Made by a program: the position numbers and the translations under genes
Assembly (NCBI GenBank): GCA_964016885.1
Contig: OZ024746.1
Span: forward strand, 20,584,001-20,648,000
DNA from: Eledone cirrhosa
Taxonomy: Eukaryota
Length of the DNA stretch: 64,000 nucleotides
Direction: 5' to 3'
Notes under the pieces: generated by a model
The model's input: only the letters and a program-made list of their open reading frames with translations
What the model was told of the DNA's origin: nothing
The model's database searches: none
Part shown: positions 29,673 through 42,830 of the stretch, in pieces
How positions within the stretch are numbered: the stretch's first letter is position 1
Layout: the number at the start of each line of letters is the position of its first letter

Positions 29673-29990
29673 TTAGATAGGCTGGTCATGTCCTATAGAT
29701 GACTGAGGATCGCACACACACACACAAGGTATGGTTATAGAGTCAGTTTCAGAATGGAGCACTTACTATAGGTAGATCATTACTCAAATATAAAGATAGA
29801 CTGAAGTATAATCTTAAATCTGTGAATATACCTCTTAGAAGGGCTGGTCATGTCCTATAGATGACTGAAGACCGCACTCTCAAGGTACTGTTATACAGTT
29901 AACTTCATTATGCTGCACGTAATGTAGGCAGACCATTACTGAGATATAGAGACACACTGAAGTACAATCTTAAATCTGTGAACATACCGC
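29673..29990. repeat. Diverged tandem dimer, about 162-bp period
   Basis: GGCTGGTCATGTCCTATAGATGACTGA..CTGAAGTA.AATCTTAAATCTGTGAA occurs twice. Confidence 0.8.
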
Positions 29991-30131
29991 TAACTTCTTT
30001 TGAAGCCCTAGCTGCTGACTGTGAAGAATGGAGGCTGTTTACCATGAAGATTTAAAGAAATTCGAAATATCTCGGACGTGGACCGGTGGTGGGCTTCGCT
30101 AGGTTTAACGTGCCTATATATATATATATAT

Positions 30132-30390
30132 ATAATGGAAAAATTTGAACAGGAACAAAACAGAGAGGCAGTACAACGAATGTTTATTAATTTCACGCTC
30201 TGGAGAGTGGGGTGGTGGTGGGGAACGACGTTTCAGGCATAAGGTGAGAAGTGTGTGGGAACAGAGTTCAAAGGGTGTGTAGGGGAGTGGTGGAGAGACA
30301 TATACCGAAAGGAAACGGTGCGAATGAAATTAAAAATAAAAATAAAAATATAAATAAAGCATGATCAAAATACAAGGAATGAAATAAAAT

Positions 30391-30392
<2 letters not shown>
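30132..30392 (-). mobile_element. Terminal fragment of a repeat shared with 60742-62336; probable PLE pseudo-LTR
   Basis: First about 90 bp nearly identical to 60742 onward; GACGTTTC (hammerhead 3' half on minus strand); in (TA)n. Confidence 0.55.
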
Positions 30393-30446
<54 letters not shown>

Positions 30447-30518
30447 ATATATAAATATATATATACAATATATATATATATATATATAAATATATATATA
30501 TACAATATATATATATAT

Positions 30519-30626
30519 GCAGAAGTTATATTTAATTTGTTGGGATTCCAACAAGCTTAAAATTTATAACTGATATAAAGCACTCAACAGATTACTGGAG
30601 TAAATATTCAATATATTAATATATTG
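30519..30626 (-). mobile_element. Terminal tail of the 54213-54558 family with micro fold-back
   Basis: Matches 54213-54315; ends in palindrome CAATATATTAATATATTG. Confidence 0.7.
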
Positions 30627-31465
30627 TATTAAAAAAATAAATGTATATATATATATATACAGTTATTTTTTTAATACAAGAGAAAGTTGTGAACAACTAC
30701 AACAGAGGAGAGCAAGAATAACTGTACTTGCTAGTCGTCACACTGGAATAGACGTCTGTATAATTTAGCAATAAATTTCAGGCGTGATCACGGTCTATGG
30801 CAGGATGCTGGTGGGAAAGAAAACTCATTATTCTGTGCGTGTAGAATGGTATAAACCCATACAGTAAACGTAGGAAAAATAACAAGAGGAAGAAAGGTTT
30901 TCGACAATACACTGGCGGACAAAAAAATAAAGTCGGTGAACCAACGAGTAGGCAATAAAGTAAAATTATAGGCTTTACGACCGAGGCAACAGAAGAAGAG
31001 GTACATCGAGAATAGTAAAAGTGGCCTGACACTGACGTGAGAGGAAGCTCGGTAGACAGGGGAAAACTGAAAGACGAAGGTTACGGGGGATAGAGGAAAG
31101 AAAGTTATAGGATGGAGATGAGAGAGTGAGAGAAATATATAAAGGAAGGAAGAGAAGGAGTGAGAAAGATACAGAAAGAATGGAAGAGAGGGAGAGATGG
31201 AGCAAGGGAGAGAGAGAGGGAGAGAGGAAGAGAGGAAGAGAGGAAGAGAGAAAATGAACGAGAATAATAGAGATAAATAGCAAGGAAAAGGATAGTGTTA
31301 CAGAGAAAAAAAACCAGTTAAGTTTGAATAAGATGGTTGTGTGGCGTTACAGTAAATTACAAATAGAACCAATTGGGTTTTTGCACGAAAGAAAAAGAAG
31401 CTCACAATTTCACAGAGGACAGCAACAGCGTCTTCACTCGTCAATCACCAAACTGAAATAGTTGT

Positions 31466-31506
<41 letters not shown>

Positions 31507-31762
31507 GCGCACACACACACAAACACACACACATCCAAGTTTCAGTTATTTATCTTTACAGGAATCAATATAAACATCAATATACATATCCTTCTTATCT
31601 TTCTCTCACTTTCCGCTCTCTTCCTCTCTCTCTTCCTCTCCCTCCCTCTGGCCCCCTCTTTCTCTCTCTCTATATATATACAACACATCCATACTTATAG
31701 GCATACACATATACACATGTACATAATACATAAATACTATCATAGACACATACATACATACA

Positions 31763-32371
31763 TGGTGGCTGCCAACTCGTTTTCAAGTACGGCCACTACT
31801 TTATATCCATGTAGGAGAACCCCTACCAATGTGCTGAACGAGTGTGACTTTTTAGTCCAGCCAGCGACTTGAATACTCTGGTACAAACACTACACTTGTG
31901 ACAATTATTGACACATAGTGCTGGGCCCATGGAACCATGTGACGACAAGTGCAGAGAGATCTCCAGATATTAAGCAATGCCTGTGCCGTGAAGCTTTTAT
32001 AGTGAACAAAGGCACTGCACAAAGCCAGTCCCACTTTCTTAACCAAGATGATATTTACCAAAAAGAAAAATAAGTCAACATCATTGGATACCATCAGGCT
32101 TGCAGGTATTATATCAGAGTTTTCCTTCTCCTAGAATTCTGCCTTGACAAAGGCTAAGGGGTCATCTTTCCCAGTGATTTTGGATGGCCATTGACTCTTA
32201 AGAGCTCCTTTGCTCTTTGACAGGTTTTATTTTTAGTCCTTCAGGATGTCTAAAGTCACCCTCCTCACCAAGAAACCATGGTGGGTTTGCCAGTTTAGTC
32301 GCCAACCACCCGACCATGGGACAGGTTGTACGGGAATACATGTTACCAGTAGCACCAACTGGTGACCTGAC
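31763..32371 (-). mobile_element. Family A retroposon, full length
   Basis: Reverse complement of 4172-4780; (CATA)n on both sides. Confidence 0.9.
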
Positions 32372-32397
32372 ATACATACATAAATACATACATACAT

Positions 32398-32859
32398 ACA
32401 TTTATGCAGAACTGATGAGAAATCTGCAGATACTCCACCCTGATTACACCTTCAGATTTATGCCTGTGATTATTGGGGCACTGGGATATGTTAGTAACTG
32501 CCTCAATACAAATCTTGAGAAGCTAGGCTTCACAGGAACAGAAAGAACACAACTAGTTAGGAAATTACATGTACAAGCCATTAATGGAACAGTAAAAATA
32601 TGTAAAACATTCCAAACATTTTGCATCTAATAACTGCATATATACATGTACAGATACAAAGCATATACACATGCACACATACAACTCAAAACATCCACAT
32701 CCACACATACAATAACATCCATATCTACACATGCATGCATACATACATATCTACCTAGTTGATGTTGTGTAAATTCCAATGAGAGAGTCTTGTGTCTATG
32801 TTAGAAACCGACTCTCTCTCTATTGGTAAAACTTTGTGAAATTATAAAACCAGAAGAAC
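32398..32859 (+). mobile_element. R4/Dong-like (restriction-like endonuclease) LINE 3' end
   Basis: YAELMRNLQILHPDYTFRFMPVIIGALGYV..QAINGTVKICKTF, stop at 32630, then 3' UTR; (CATA)n on both sides. Confidence 0.8.
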
Positions 32860-32892
32860 ATACATACACACATACATACATACATACATACG

Positions 32893-33130
32893 TGGTGGCT
32901 GCCAACTCGTTTTCGAGTACGGCCACTACTTTATATCCATGTAGGAGAACCCCTACCGATGCGCTGAACGAGTGTGACTTTTTAGTCCAGCCAGCGACTT
33001 GAATACTCTGGTACAAACACTACACTTGTGACAATTATTGACACATAGTGCTGGGCCCATGGTACCATGTGATGACAAGTGCAGAGAGATCTCCAGATAT
33101 AAAGCAATGCCTGTGCCGTGAAGCTTTTAT
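32893..33130 (-). mobile_element. Family A retroposon 3' fragment
   Basis: Direct match; in (CATA)n. Confidence 0.9.
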
Positions 33131-33227
33131 ACATACATACATACATACATACACACACATACATACATACATAAATACATACATACATAAATACATACAT
33201 ACATACATACATACATACATACATACA

Positions 33228-33261
<34 letters not shown>

Positions 33262-34257
33262 CATACATATATACATACATACATACATACATACATACAT
33301 ACATACATACATACATACATACATACATACATACATACATACACACATACATACATAGAAGCGATGATTAAAAAACAGATCTAAGCCTATCTGCTTGTTC
33401 TTGAGAGGATTCAACGTAGGTTGTGCTGATTGTATTACTTAGAAGTCGAAGTCGAATCAATTTACTCTAACACCAATAAAGTAGAGGTTTGTAATTCTTT
33501 TGTTTTTGCATATGTCCTACTTTGCTTGAGATGCAAAAACGAGTATACATGAAAGCAAAACAACAAAAACAACAACAGCAACAACAACATCAACAACAAC
33601 AGCAACAACATAAACAACAACAACAACAACAACAACAAAAAACTAAGATAATTGAAACCTAAGTAATACTACATCTACAAAAATTCCGACACTGTAGTGA
33701 AATATAATTAACATCCTGTCACGATATTTATATTGTTAAGAACCGCATAGAAAGAGGAATCTTCTAACGAATCAAGATTGCAAGCAGGTTTTCATTATGT
33801 TTCGATTACATGTTTCACGTGGATAAAACTGGTTCTCCCAACATCTGTTGAGAGAACAATTTAACATCATTTCTTGCTATATTTCAAATGTTCATAAACT
33901 TTGAAGTTCACCAATATGAAGTAATGAAGCCATTACTTTCGATATTACACCATTGATATGCCCTGCAAAAGAGATAGACCTTACATAATTGTATTTCATC
34001 TTTGACTTAGTATGGAGAAATATATATATTTTAATGTATAGAGTAAAATGGGTTCTAACGTAGTAAGACAACAGATTTTAATTAATTAAAATTACTTCCT
34101 TGTGTGCGCCAGCTTCAGTATTGGTCATCAGAAGAAGGGAGGTAGGTGTAAAAACCAAACTCGCTATCTTCAATTCGGTATTCATGCCAACCCTTACCTT
34201 TGGTCATGAATCTTGGGTAATGACCGAAAGAATACGATTGCAAATACAAGCAGCCAA

Positions 34258-34432
34258 AATGATTATGAAAGATTGATGCTAAAGCTGTGAAATCTTGCAA
34301 GCGTTAATTTTAATTCTTCTTATTAATAACTGCATTGTTTCTTTCCAAGGACTATGTTGAAAAATAAACTTCATTTGGTCATTCCATGAGAGTATTTTGG
34401 TCAACCTATGAACCTTTCAGCCGATCCACATA
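34258..34432. mobile_element. mariner-type MITE partial copy
   Basis: Homologous to 5441 and 39668 copies. Confidence 0.65.
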
Positions 34433-35140
34433 CTACTTTTCCAGACATTGTTATGTCTTTTTAAAGTACCTCCTGGTTTTCTTGCCATCTCTTATGATTT
34501 TTGTCTACCAGTTCACTGTAACAAGATGCTAAATGACAACAATGCATCTTCCTTTTTCTCTCCCTTTCTTACTTGTATCACTTCGTTTCACGTTTTCCCG
34601 CCACCGCTTTCCTTTACGTTTCTCGTCACCTTAATTCGTATATTTCCTTTCTTTTAGCCTCGTTCTATCTATCTATCTATCTCCGGATGGTATAGACGTT
34701 CTTCACATCGGCTCCTCGAGTATTGGAGATATTACGTGTTAACAGTGTTTGTCTGTATTTTTGCGTTATTGTATTAATTAACCCCCTTGCCTGGGTCTTC
34801 GGACATTAGGGTTAATTTATTTCACCCCTTTTGGGGTGAAAATTTTCATCCTAAAAATCTTGTAATTGTCTCTACTCTAGTGGTAATGGAAGCCATTACC
34901 ACAGGTAACGATGACACGTCCACTAAACAAACTGAAGGGGAGCGGGTAGCGGAGGCAACAAGCCTCCCTACTGAAAGAAAATGATTATTAGAAACATTGA
35001 AAAAATGGAGCCTAACCCTAATGAAAAAAATGTGAAAAAATTGACTCGGAGAAATTGCCAACATTAATGGATGCCGTTTCGACTTTTCACGGTGCCACGC
35101 CCACCAGCAAAGGTGAAAGAGAAGTGAACTTTTTGAAGAA

Positions 35141-36637
35141 ATGGAGTCTAACCCCAACGGGAAAAAAAATGTGAACGCATACACCAACATAAATAACACA
35201 AACACAACAAAAAATGATAATTGTAACAACAAAAAACAAGAAAACAACCTCATTTTGACAAATCTAAACAGAGAGGGGGCGAACAAAATGATGTTCGCTC
35301 AAACCATAAAAAAACCCATTGTGTATGTACCTATTGACATTTCGAACATGGCCCAGCAAATGGAAAATGCACGGAAGTATATAACTTTGGAGGAGAATGG
35401 TCTATTTTCTTTAAATTCTCTCCCAGAGCTAAAAAAGGAAAACAAAACCCATAAGCCAGTACAACTCACACAGACAGAGATTGAACTGGCTTTAAAAGAT
35501 CATCTGAAAAACATTATATTCATTCGGATGGATAGACTCTACGGTAGTCTATCCATCCGAATGAAAGATAAATTGATGGCCGAAAAACATTCCCTGGCCC
35601 CAATTGTGTCCTCCTTATTTACCCTCTTCCCCACTTATTTGGGAAGAAAAACACAAAGATTGACCATACACAGTATCGATCCAGATATTGATTTTTGGGC
35701 GGTACTGTGTGGCCTCCTCGACTTGAAAGAGGATGCAGTAATTTCGGTAGGTAAGTCTTCCAGCAACGTGTTCGGTGCAAATGCAGCCAGAACGAATTGC
35801 TAGGATCCCCGACCGCATATTGCTGGATGGGCTTGCCTACTTACACATCACAGTGGAGGGTAGACGACCCGCTTGTTACATCTGTGGTGGTAGAGGTCAT
35901 CTGAGGGCTGCCTGTTCCCAAGCAAACAAAAAAAACACCGATTTTGCCCAACAACTACAACACTACCAACACAACCTCCACCACCACCACAAAAACAACT
36001 AACACCACAAGTTAAAACACAACTGAAACCCCCCCCCCACACACAGAAAACAAATACAATAACACCCATACCACAAACACGAACCGAAAATGAGCCCCTC
36101 TCCTCGAATACGGAAGACGACCCCCTTTCGTCGTCAGACGAGGGGGGAGGGGGACACTTTCATAAAGTTAAAAGAAAAAAAAGAAAACACACCACAGGAA
36201 CACAAATACAAACAACCCCTCCCCAAGACATAACACAGACATCAAGACAAAAAAACACACAACAACAGCAAACAAAAAACATCACCCAAAAAGAAAAATA
36301 TGCATATATTTACATAAATACAATAAACAAAAAACTGTTAAACGTTATTTATAATAACAACTTAATAAAAACCGAAGGTTCGAACTTCGCACAAGCAACG
36401 GGGCTTCCCCATCTAAAAATGATAAAAGCCCCAATGGACATTTACAAAACGTTAAAAGACACTTTTAAAGAGGACGTGGGGCCCCCCTGCGTCAGACCCA
36501 TTAACCTAAAAAATCCCCCCAGACACCCACACAACTCCAAACACCCCAACCCCACCACACAACCCATCCCCCACCCCATGGAAATTGGAAAGGCACTTAC
36601 CTCTCTGCGTCCCGGGGACCGGGCCGCAGAGAGGTAA
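35141..36637 (+). pseudogene. Tx1 ORF1 (gag-like, CCHC knuckle), frameshifted
   Basis: Pieces 35141-35803, 35775-36002 (EGRRPACYICGGRGHLRAAC) and 36419-36637. Confidence 0.8.
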
Positions 36638-36661
36638 GTGCCTTTTCTCTTTACCACCAAC

Positions 36662-38210
36662 ATGGCTGTGTTGAGAATAGGTGGCCTGGGCTCACCTTGG
36701 AAGCAAGCAATGCTTCTAAATGACCTCAGGTCACGATGTATAAATGTGATGGTTATTTGCGAGGCCCGGATCAGTAGCGTGCGACAGCTGGCCCCCACTT
36801 TTGATGACTTTGAGATGCACGCATCTCTCTGTCAGCCCGGAGGTGAGGGTGGGGTTGTCGTTCTGCTGCAAAAACATCTGGGTCTCGCTACACAGACGGT
36901 ACACTTGGACCCGGAGGGTCGACTAGTGGTTCTGGACCTTGGCAGTGGTGAAGGCGGAGCTTTTAGGCTGGTCGCCGTCTACGCCCCTTTTGGGTCAACG
37001 CGGCCGGACTTCTTCCATCGTCTAGAGACTTTTCTCTAGCTCCTTGCTTTTAGTGGGGGACTGGAATGGTATCCTAGATGCACGTTGGGACTATGTAGGG
37101 GCATGTCCTGATAGAGGAGGTTGTAACAGCCTCAAGGGGTTAATCGGCCGATTCGACCTGGCCGATAGATATCGACTAGATTTTCCGACTGTGCCAACCT
37201 GGACTTGGAGAAACCACAGTTGTCAATCTAGATCGTACCTAGATAGGTTCTTAGTTAGAAATAAGGATAGGGACTTTTTAAGTTGTCCAAAAATGCTCAT
37301 GGTTGGCTATTCAGACCACAAGTAGTGACCTCCATGGTCAACCTTGATAGAACACATAGACAGGGACCCGGTTACTGGAAGATCAACTTGTCCTTACCGG
37401 CAAGTAAAGCTTACAGGAACCGGATTAGTACATTAGTTAAGGAGCGGTTGACGGGCGCCGTCGTCAACAGCAGGGGGTGGGGCTCTCTCAAAAGAGAGAT
37501 TAGAGTAGCTTCAATAGGAGTTAGTAAGGAGTTAGCCTCAGATAGAAATAGGAAGGAAAGGGAGTTGATAGATAGTGTAGAAGAGGCAATTAGAAGCGGC
37601 GACGTAGCCAGAGTGCTAGCGTCGAGAACGGCATTGGGCCAGTTTTTCAACGCGAAACACGAAGGCTGCGTTGTCCGAAGCAAAATACGTGCTCTGGGAA
37701 ACGAGGGGACCAAAGCTGTTAGCTGGGCCCGCGTGACAGAAGCCAAAAGTGGGACTAGATCCACTATCCGGTCTTTGCGAGACCAGGATGGACGGGTGAT
37801 CCTTGAACCTAAGCAGATGTGCGAGGCCTTTCAAAGGCACTTTGCTCGATTGTTCGGAAGGGACGAGGGGCTATGTCGAACGACTGCTGTCACGGGTGGG
37901 ACCAATCCGGTTGACCACTGAGTCCATTGTAACGATCAAGCCGCCTGCCCCCTTCAAAAATGAAGGAGAGGCAGTCTTTCTCTGTGTAATAGCCATGGTG
38001 AAAGAGGTGGTATGGTGGACACGTTTGAAAGGGCTGAGGTCGGACACCTTTCTCTCCGGCCAACAACTGGTCCTTTTCTTTAAATACCATTTTAAGAGAA
38101 GGATCAGAATGGAGAGAGAGGTGCTCTACCCCAGCAAGTTTTATGAAAAGTGGGTGAAAGTAGCGAGAATGGCCCGTGTGAATGGGCCTTCTCTTTTTAT
38201 CAGCCTGTAG
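36662..38210 (+). pseudogene. Tx1 ORF2: APE endonuclease fused by deletion to the C-terminal end
   Basis: VICEAR, LVAVYAP, VGDWNGIL, SYLDRF, SDHK, GPGYWK; homology to 13..1800 stops at about 37870 (LFGRDEG), followed directly by C-terminal YVERLL..KEVVWWTR; stop and frameshifts present. Confidence 0.88.
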
Positions 38211-38560
38211 GTGGAAAGGTGAAAGTGCAAAGGAGCACGCCCTCTCTGTGCTCCTAAGGAAAAGGGTTGCACACTTTTTCGGGACTTGTGTAACCCCCAA
38301 AACGCCTCCTCCCTATTGAGGACTGTATTGTTAATTTTATATTTGTTATTTATTTTTTACTCGTTCCTTTATGTAAACTCCCGCCCCCTTATATTTGTCC
38401 CCTTCTTTTATGCCCTCGTGGCAAATAAATAGAAACTTATCTATCTATCTATCTATCTATCTAGATTTTACTTGGCGATTTTAATTATATAAAAGTGTAT
38501 ATTTTGAATAAAGCCTTCATTCGTATTTGAATAAGCGGTAACGCGAAACTGAGTAATGTA

Positions 38561-38617
<57 letters not shown>

Positions 38618-38621
38618 AATA

Positions 38622-38687
<66 letters not shown>

Positions 38688-39199
38688 CATCTAATAGTAT
38701 GGGATATAACAATCCTATAGTATTTTACTCTATCACACATCAGCAGTTTGAAATTTTTTTGAATGAGATAAATGGTTGAGGAAATTGGCATTCTCGACTA
38801 AATAATGACGCATCTTAACGAGTTCAATTTATCACAAGGTGTTAATTTGGCATCTACTCTACACTGTAAGATTTACGACTTAAATTAGCGTTAAAAAAAA
38901 ACAAAAACTCCCTGCTAATGATAAATAAATTCAACTACATTCTCTGCTGTGAAAAATAAAACCAAGAAGCTAATTCTTCATTTCCTTTCAAATTCTCACT
39001 AGATGGAAGCTACAGCTTCAACATCATTTTTTATATTTCAATGAAAACGTTAAAGCATTACAGATAATTCAAAATCCATTTGGCTACATTAGTAAAAGCG
39101 AATAATTGTGCTTTCATGGCGACTCATCAGACCTTTCCCGTCTGACTGCTAAGCTGCCAAAATTGTTATATATAATAGTCTAAAGTATGTCTTGGATCC

Positions 39200-39447
39200 G
39201 GAGGCTCATTAGGCCAGTGCTTATCCCGGTATTAAGCGACTGAGACTACAATACCCCCCCCCCCCGGACAGAATGACAGTCCCTCGCAAGGTTAAACCTC
39301 CAGCTATTGTTGGTATTCATTTTCAGCTGAGTGTACCAGAGAAACGTAAAATGAAATGTTTTGCTCAAGAACACAACACACAACCCTGTCCAGGAATGGA
39401 ACCTTGACATTATGATCGTAAGTCCAACACACTTACTACTAGGCCAT
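39200..39447 (-). mobile_element. tRNA SINE, second family
   Basis: Homologous to 14660-14935. Confidence 0.7.
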
Positions 39448-39584
39448 ATAATATAATATTGAAAATGTTAAAATCCTTAGGCGAACCTTTGCCCGTAGCC
39501 GTCCTGCCATTTACAAATATACTTTTACATGCCAGACACCACAAATTTATCGAAACTAATATCAAGTTAAAGCCCGACATCTAC

Positions 39585-39628
<44 letters not shown>

Positions 39629-39667
39629 GGGGGCTGGACGTGCGCAAGCGGAGGCCAGGCTCGTTCC

Positions 39668-39859
39668 GCGAGGGTTGGCTGAAAACTCTATGACTATGAA
39701 AGAGAGATGCTAGAGCTGTGAAATTTTGCATGCATTAATTTCAACTCTTCTTACTACTGCATTGTTTCTTTCCGGGGACTATGTTGAAGTATAGATCTCA
39801 TTTGGTCATTCCACGAGAGTATCTTGGTCAACCTATGAACTTTTTCGCCGACCCTAGTA
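39668..39859. mobile_element. mariner-type MITE
   Basis: CGAGGGTTGGCTGAAAA...TTTTCGCCGACCCTAGTA. Confidence 0.7.
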
Positions 39860-40366
39860 ATTCTAGGAAATGAAGTTAAGTACCAGCTCGCCATTTTCTG
39901 AGTTATAAACAATGTGTCCGATAATAAAATATTTTCTGGCTCCGTGAGTATTATCTGATCGAAGTTCAAGCGCTTAAAAGAAGTAAAAATTGTTGTTATA
40001 AGAACTTTTGAAAGTGATAGGTCAGAGAAGTGTTTACTACTGCTAAAAACACATAGCTATGTTGTAAATGATTAATTCCACACTTTTATATAACCGTGAT
40101 CAAATCGTAATTACATATACTTAATTATATTCATTAATTTAATTTTATATAAAAAATAAAAATAATTAATCTAAAATAAAATAAAGAAAGCTATAAAATT
40201 GTAGTAATTGAATTTTGTATAATTAATTTGTATTTTTCTCTTATCAAATTATTATATAATAATTACAATATTATTTATATTAGCATCCACTGAAATAGAA
40301 TTAATTGATATGTAAAACTAGTTTGTTTTGTGTTGTTTTTTCCAACCACAGTTGTAAATATTAGAT

Positions 40367-40696
40367 AATTATTTCTACTTTTGGCACAAGGCCAGCAATT
40401 TGAAGGGAAGGGAAATTCGATTAAATCGACTACAGTGCGTTATTGGTACTTTATTTTATCGACCAAGCAAAGTAACTCGGCGGGATTTGAACTCAGAACG
40501 TAAAGGGACGCAACAATATGTCACAAAGCATAAATAATGGTTTCTGATTTAGGCCAGCAATTTGAGGGAGAGTAAAGTAGATTAAATCGACCCCAGTGCG
40601 TTACTGGTACTTTATTTTGTCCCCGTTAAGACAAAGCTAATCTCGGCGGGATTTGAACTCAGAACGTAAAGGGACGTAACTATATGTCACAAAGCA
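40367..40696 (-). mobile_element. Two tandem 5'-truncated Nin/Deu-like SINEs
   Basis: 40367-40531 and 40532-40696 truncate at the same point (TGTCACAAAGCAT). Confidence 0.8.
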
Positions 40697-40752
40697 TTAC
40701 ATAATGTGTGTATTCAGTCAGCCATGTATATCTATATATACACATGTATATT

Positions 40753-40807
<55 letters not shown>

Positions 40808-41393
40808 TACTGGTAATGGCTACCGTTCTGGAAATGATCAAAATACATAAACAGAATATGTATATACGTACTTATAAAAGAGAAAACACAGGTAAGCATT
40901 AAGAGAAGGATTTAATCCAGGTATTTACGACCGTTTCATTGGTAAGTGCAACCTTATATTGCTATACTGCAAATAGCAGCCACTCAATTATAATTGTTGT
41001 TCACAGTCCAAATTTTCAAAATAGTGAGTTACTCTTGGAATAATTCTTAATATATAGAGAAAAACCTTTATTTGGAATTGTATTTACTAATATATAGAGA
41101 GAGGAATCCGTACTTATATATATATACAGGCAAGTACTTCGATTAACGGAATTTATTTTTCAGCCTTTTTATTTCGCTATCAGAAACTTCGTTATGAGAG
41201 GAAAGCAAAACAATTTTTACGCAGATAGCTTATTTTCATCATTGAAATAAAGATATTCTTATTTACAATACAATAGGTTTACAATACTCCTAGATATATT
41301 GAAAAACTCTCTATACAAAATTATATATATGCAATATATTCGTAGATATAATGCAAAAGAAAAAGTGCTGAATTTGATACAAGAGAGCTTATT

Positions 41394-41594
41394 TAGTTTT
41401 TATTAAATTCCATACACTTAACATGTATGCGCTATCGTAAGTTTCATGGTCCAGGTCCAGTTATGGCTACCACTGTATAGTGGAGTAGCGGTTCAAAAAC
41501 TACTGCTACTCCACTATACAATAGTAGACATAACTGGACCCTGAAACCGAAGGTAACGCATACATGTTAAATATATGAACTTCAGTAAAAACTA
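41394..41594. repeat. Imperfect 200-bp hairpin
   Basis: Core stem 41454-41540 GGTCCAGTTATG..GTGGAGTAGC / GCTACTCCAC..CATAACTGGACC. Confidence 0.75.
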
Positions 41595-42012
41595 TACACA
41601 ATTATATGTAATTCTATAAAATTATATACATACTTTATACAGAAACAATCCTTTGAACAAAATTATATGTAATTTAATCCCAAAATATACATAAAATATA
41701 CACACTTTGTGATGGCAGGTGACTTTGAGGTTAGGGCATTTGATTTTCGGCGGGGCATTGTGTTCTTAAACGAGAAATTTTATTTCATTCAGTTGGAAAA
41801 AATGAATTGCCCTTAAATTCAAAACACTGCATAACACTGAATCTCCCTGAGAATTCGCTGAGGGTGAACGTGTCTGCAATGTTCAAGTACTTGCACGTTA
41901 ATTTCATGAAATGTCTAGTCTGTTGTTTAAACAACTGGAACACTAATCGTCGCTAGAGCTGGAACGCCCTCCTCCCACTTTCTAAAGTTTGTGCAGCAAT
42001 CAAAACATCCGA

Positions 42013-42500
42013 AATAATTGTTACTACTTTTGGCACAAGGCCAGCAATTATACCAGTGCATTACTGGTACTTTATTTTATCGACCCCGTAAGGATGATAG
42101 GCAAATATATCCCCAGTAGGATTTGAACTCAGATAGTAAAGGGCTCTATATTGCAAAGCATGGGATCAGACCCTCTACCGATACTGCCAATCCACGAAAT
42201 AATAGAAAATAAATGTTACTGGTTCTGTCAGATTGTTATTTTTATTAAAAGATCTCAAGGGTTAATTGTTTTGTTTTCTTTTTACGAATCTCTAATTTTT
42301 CCCTTATGGTGGTGGATTGGCAGTATCGGTAGAGGGTCGGACGCCATGGTTTGCAGCATGGAGTTACGGCCCTTTACGGTCTGAGTTAAAATCCAACCCT
42401 GGTTAACTTTTCCTTTCATCCTATCGGGGTCGATAAAATAAAGCACCAGTAATGCACTGGGATAATTGCTGGTCTTGGGCCAAAAGTAGAAACAATTATT
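42013..42500. mobile_element. Divergent pair of Nin/Deu-like SINEs (42013-42197 minus, 42308-42500 plus)
   Basis: Both match 47714-47897. Confidence 0.85.
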
Positions 42501-42639
42501 ACATATATTTCGTTCAAAATTGAGATAATTCTCTAAAAGTTGCTCTTAAGCACAAGTTGTTCCCTTAGGCTTTTAGATAAAATCTCCATTGTTAAAACCA
42601 GTAATGGAGAAATCTATTCTTCGCTATCTGAACTCGCGG

Positions 42640-42830
42640 TTCTGTTAACTCCTTAAAGTAGGGGCTTCGTTATCAGTATGCAGTAAATCCTGAATATCAT
42701 TGGACACGAAATTATTCTTCACAGCTACGCATGACAGCAGGGTGAAGTGTTCTACGAACCATTCAGTAAATACATCTTGTATAACTCTAGCTTTTTTTTT
42801 TTAAAGATTTCCATATAAAAGGCACTAATT
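42640..42830 (-). pseudogene. pogo/Tigger-like DDE transposase remnant
   Basis: KKKARVIQDVFTEWFVEHF...LLHTDNEAPT resembles KAWMT..IF.EWF...F...LLLLDNAP. Confidence 0.4.

Larger units (their letters stand above)
34683..38437 (+). mobile_element. Full-length Tx1-clade LINE with internal deletion of the RT domain, inserted in (TATC)n
   Basis: 5' UTR, ORF1, ORF2, 3' UTR; (TATC)n at 34666-34682 and 38438-38462. Confidence 0.9.
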
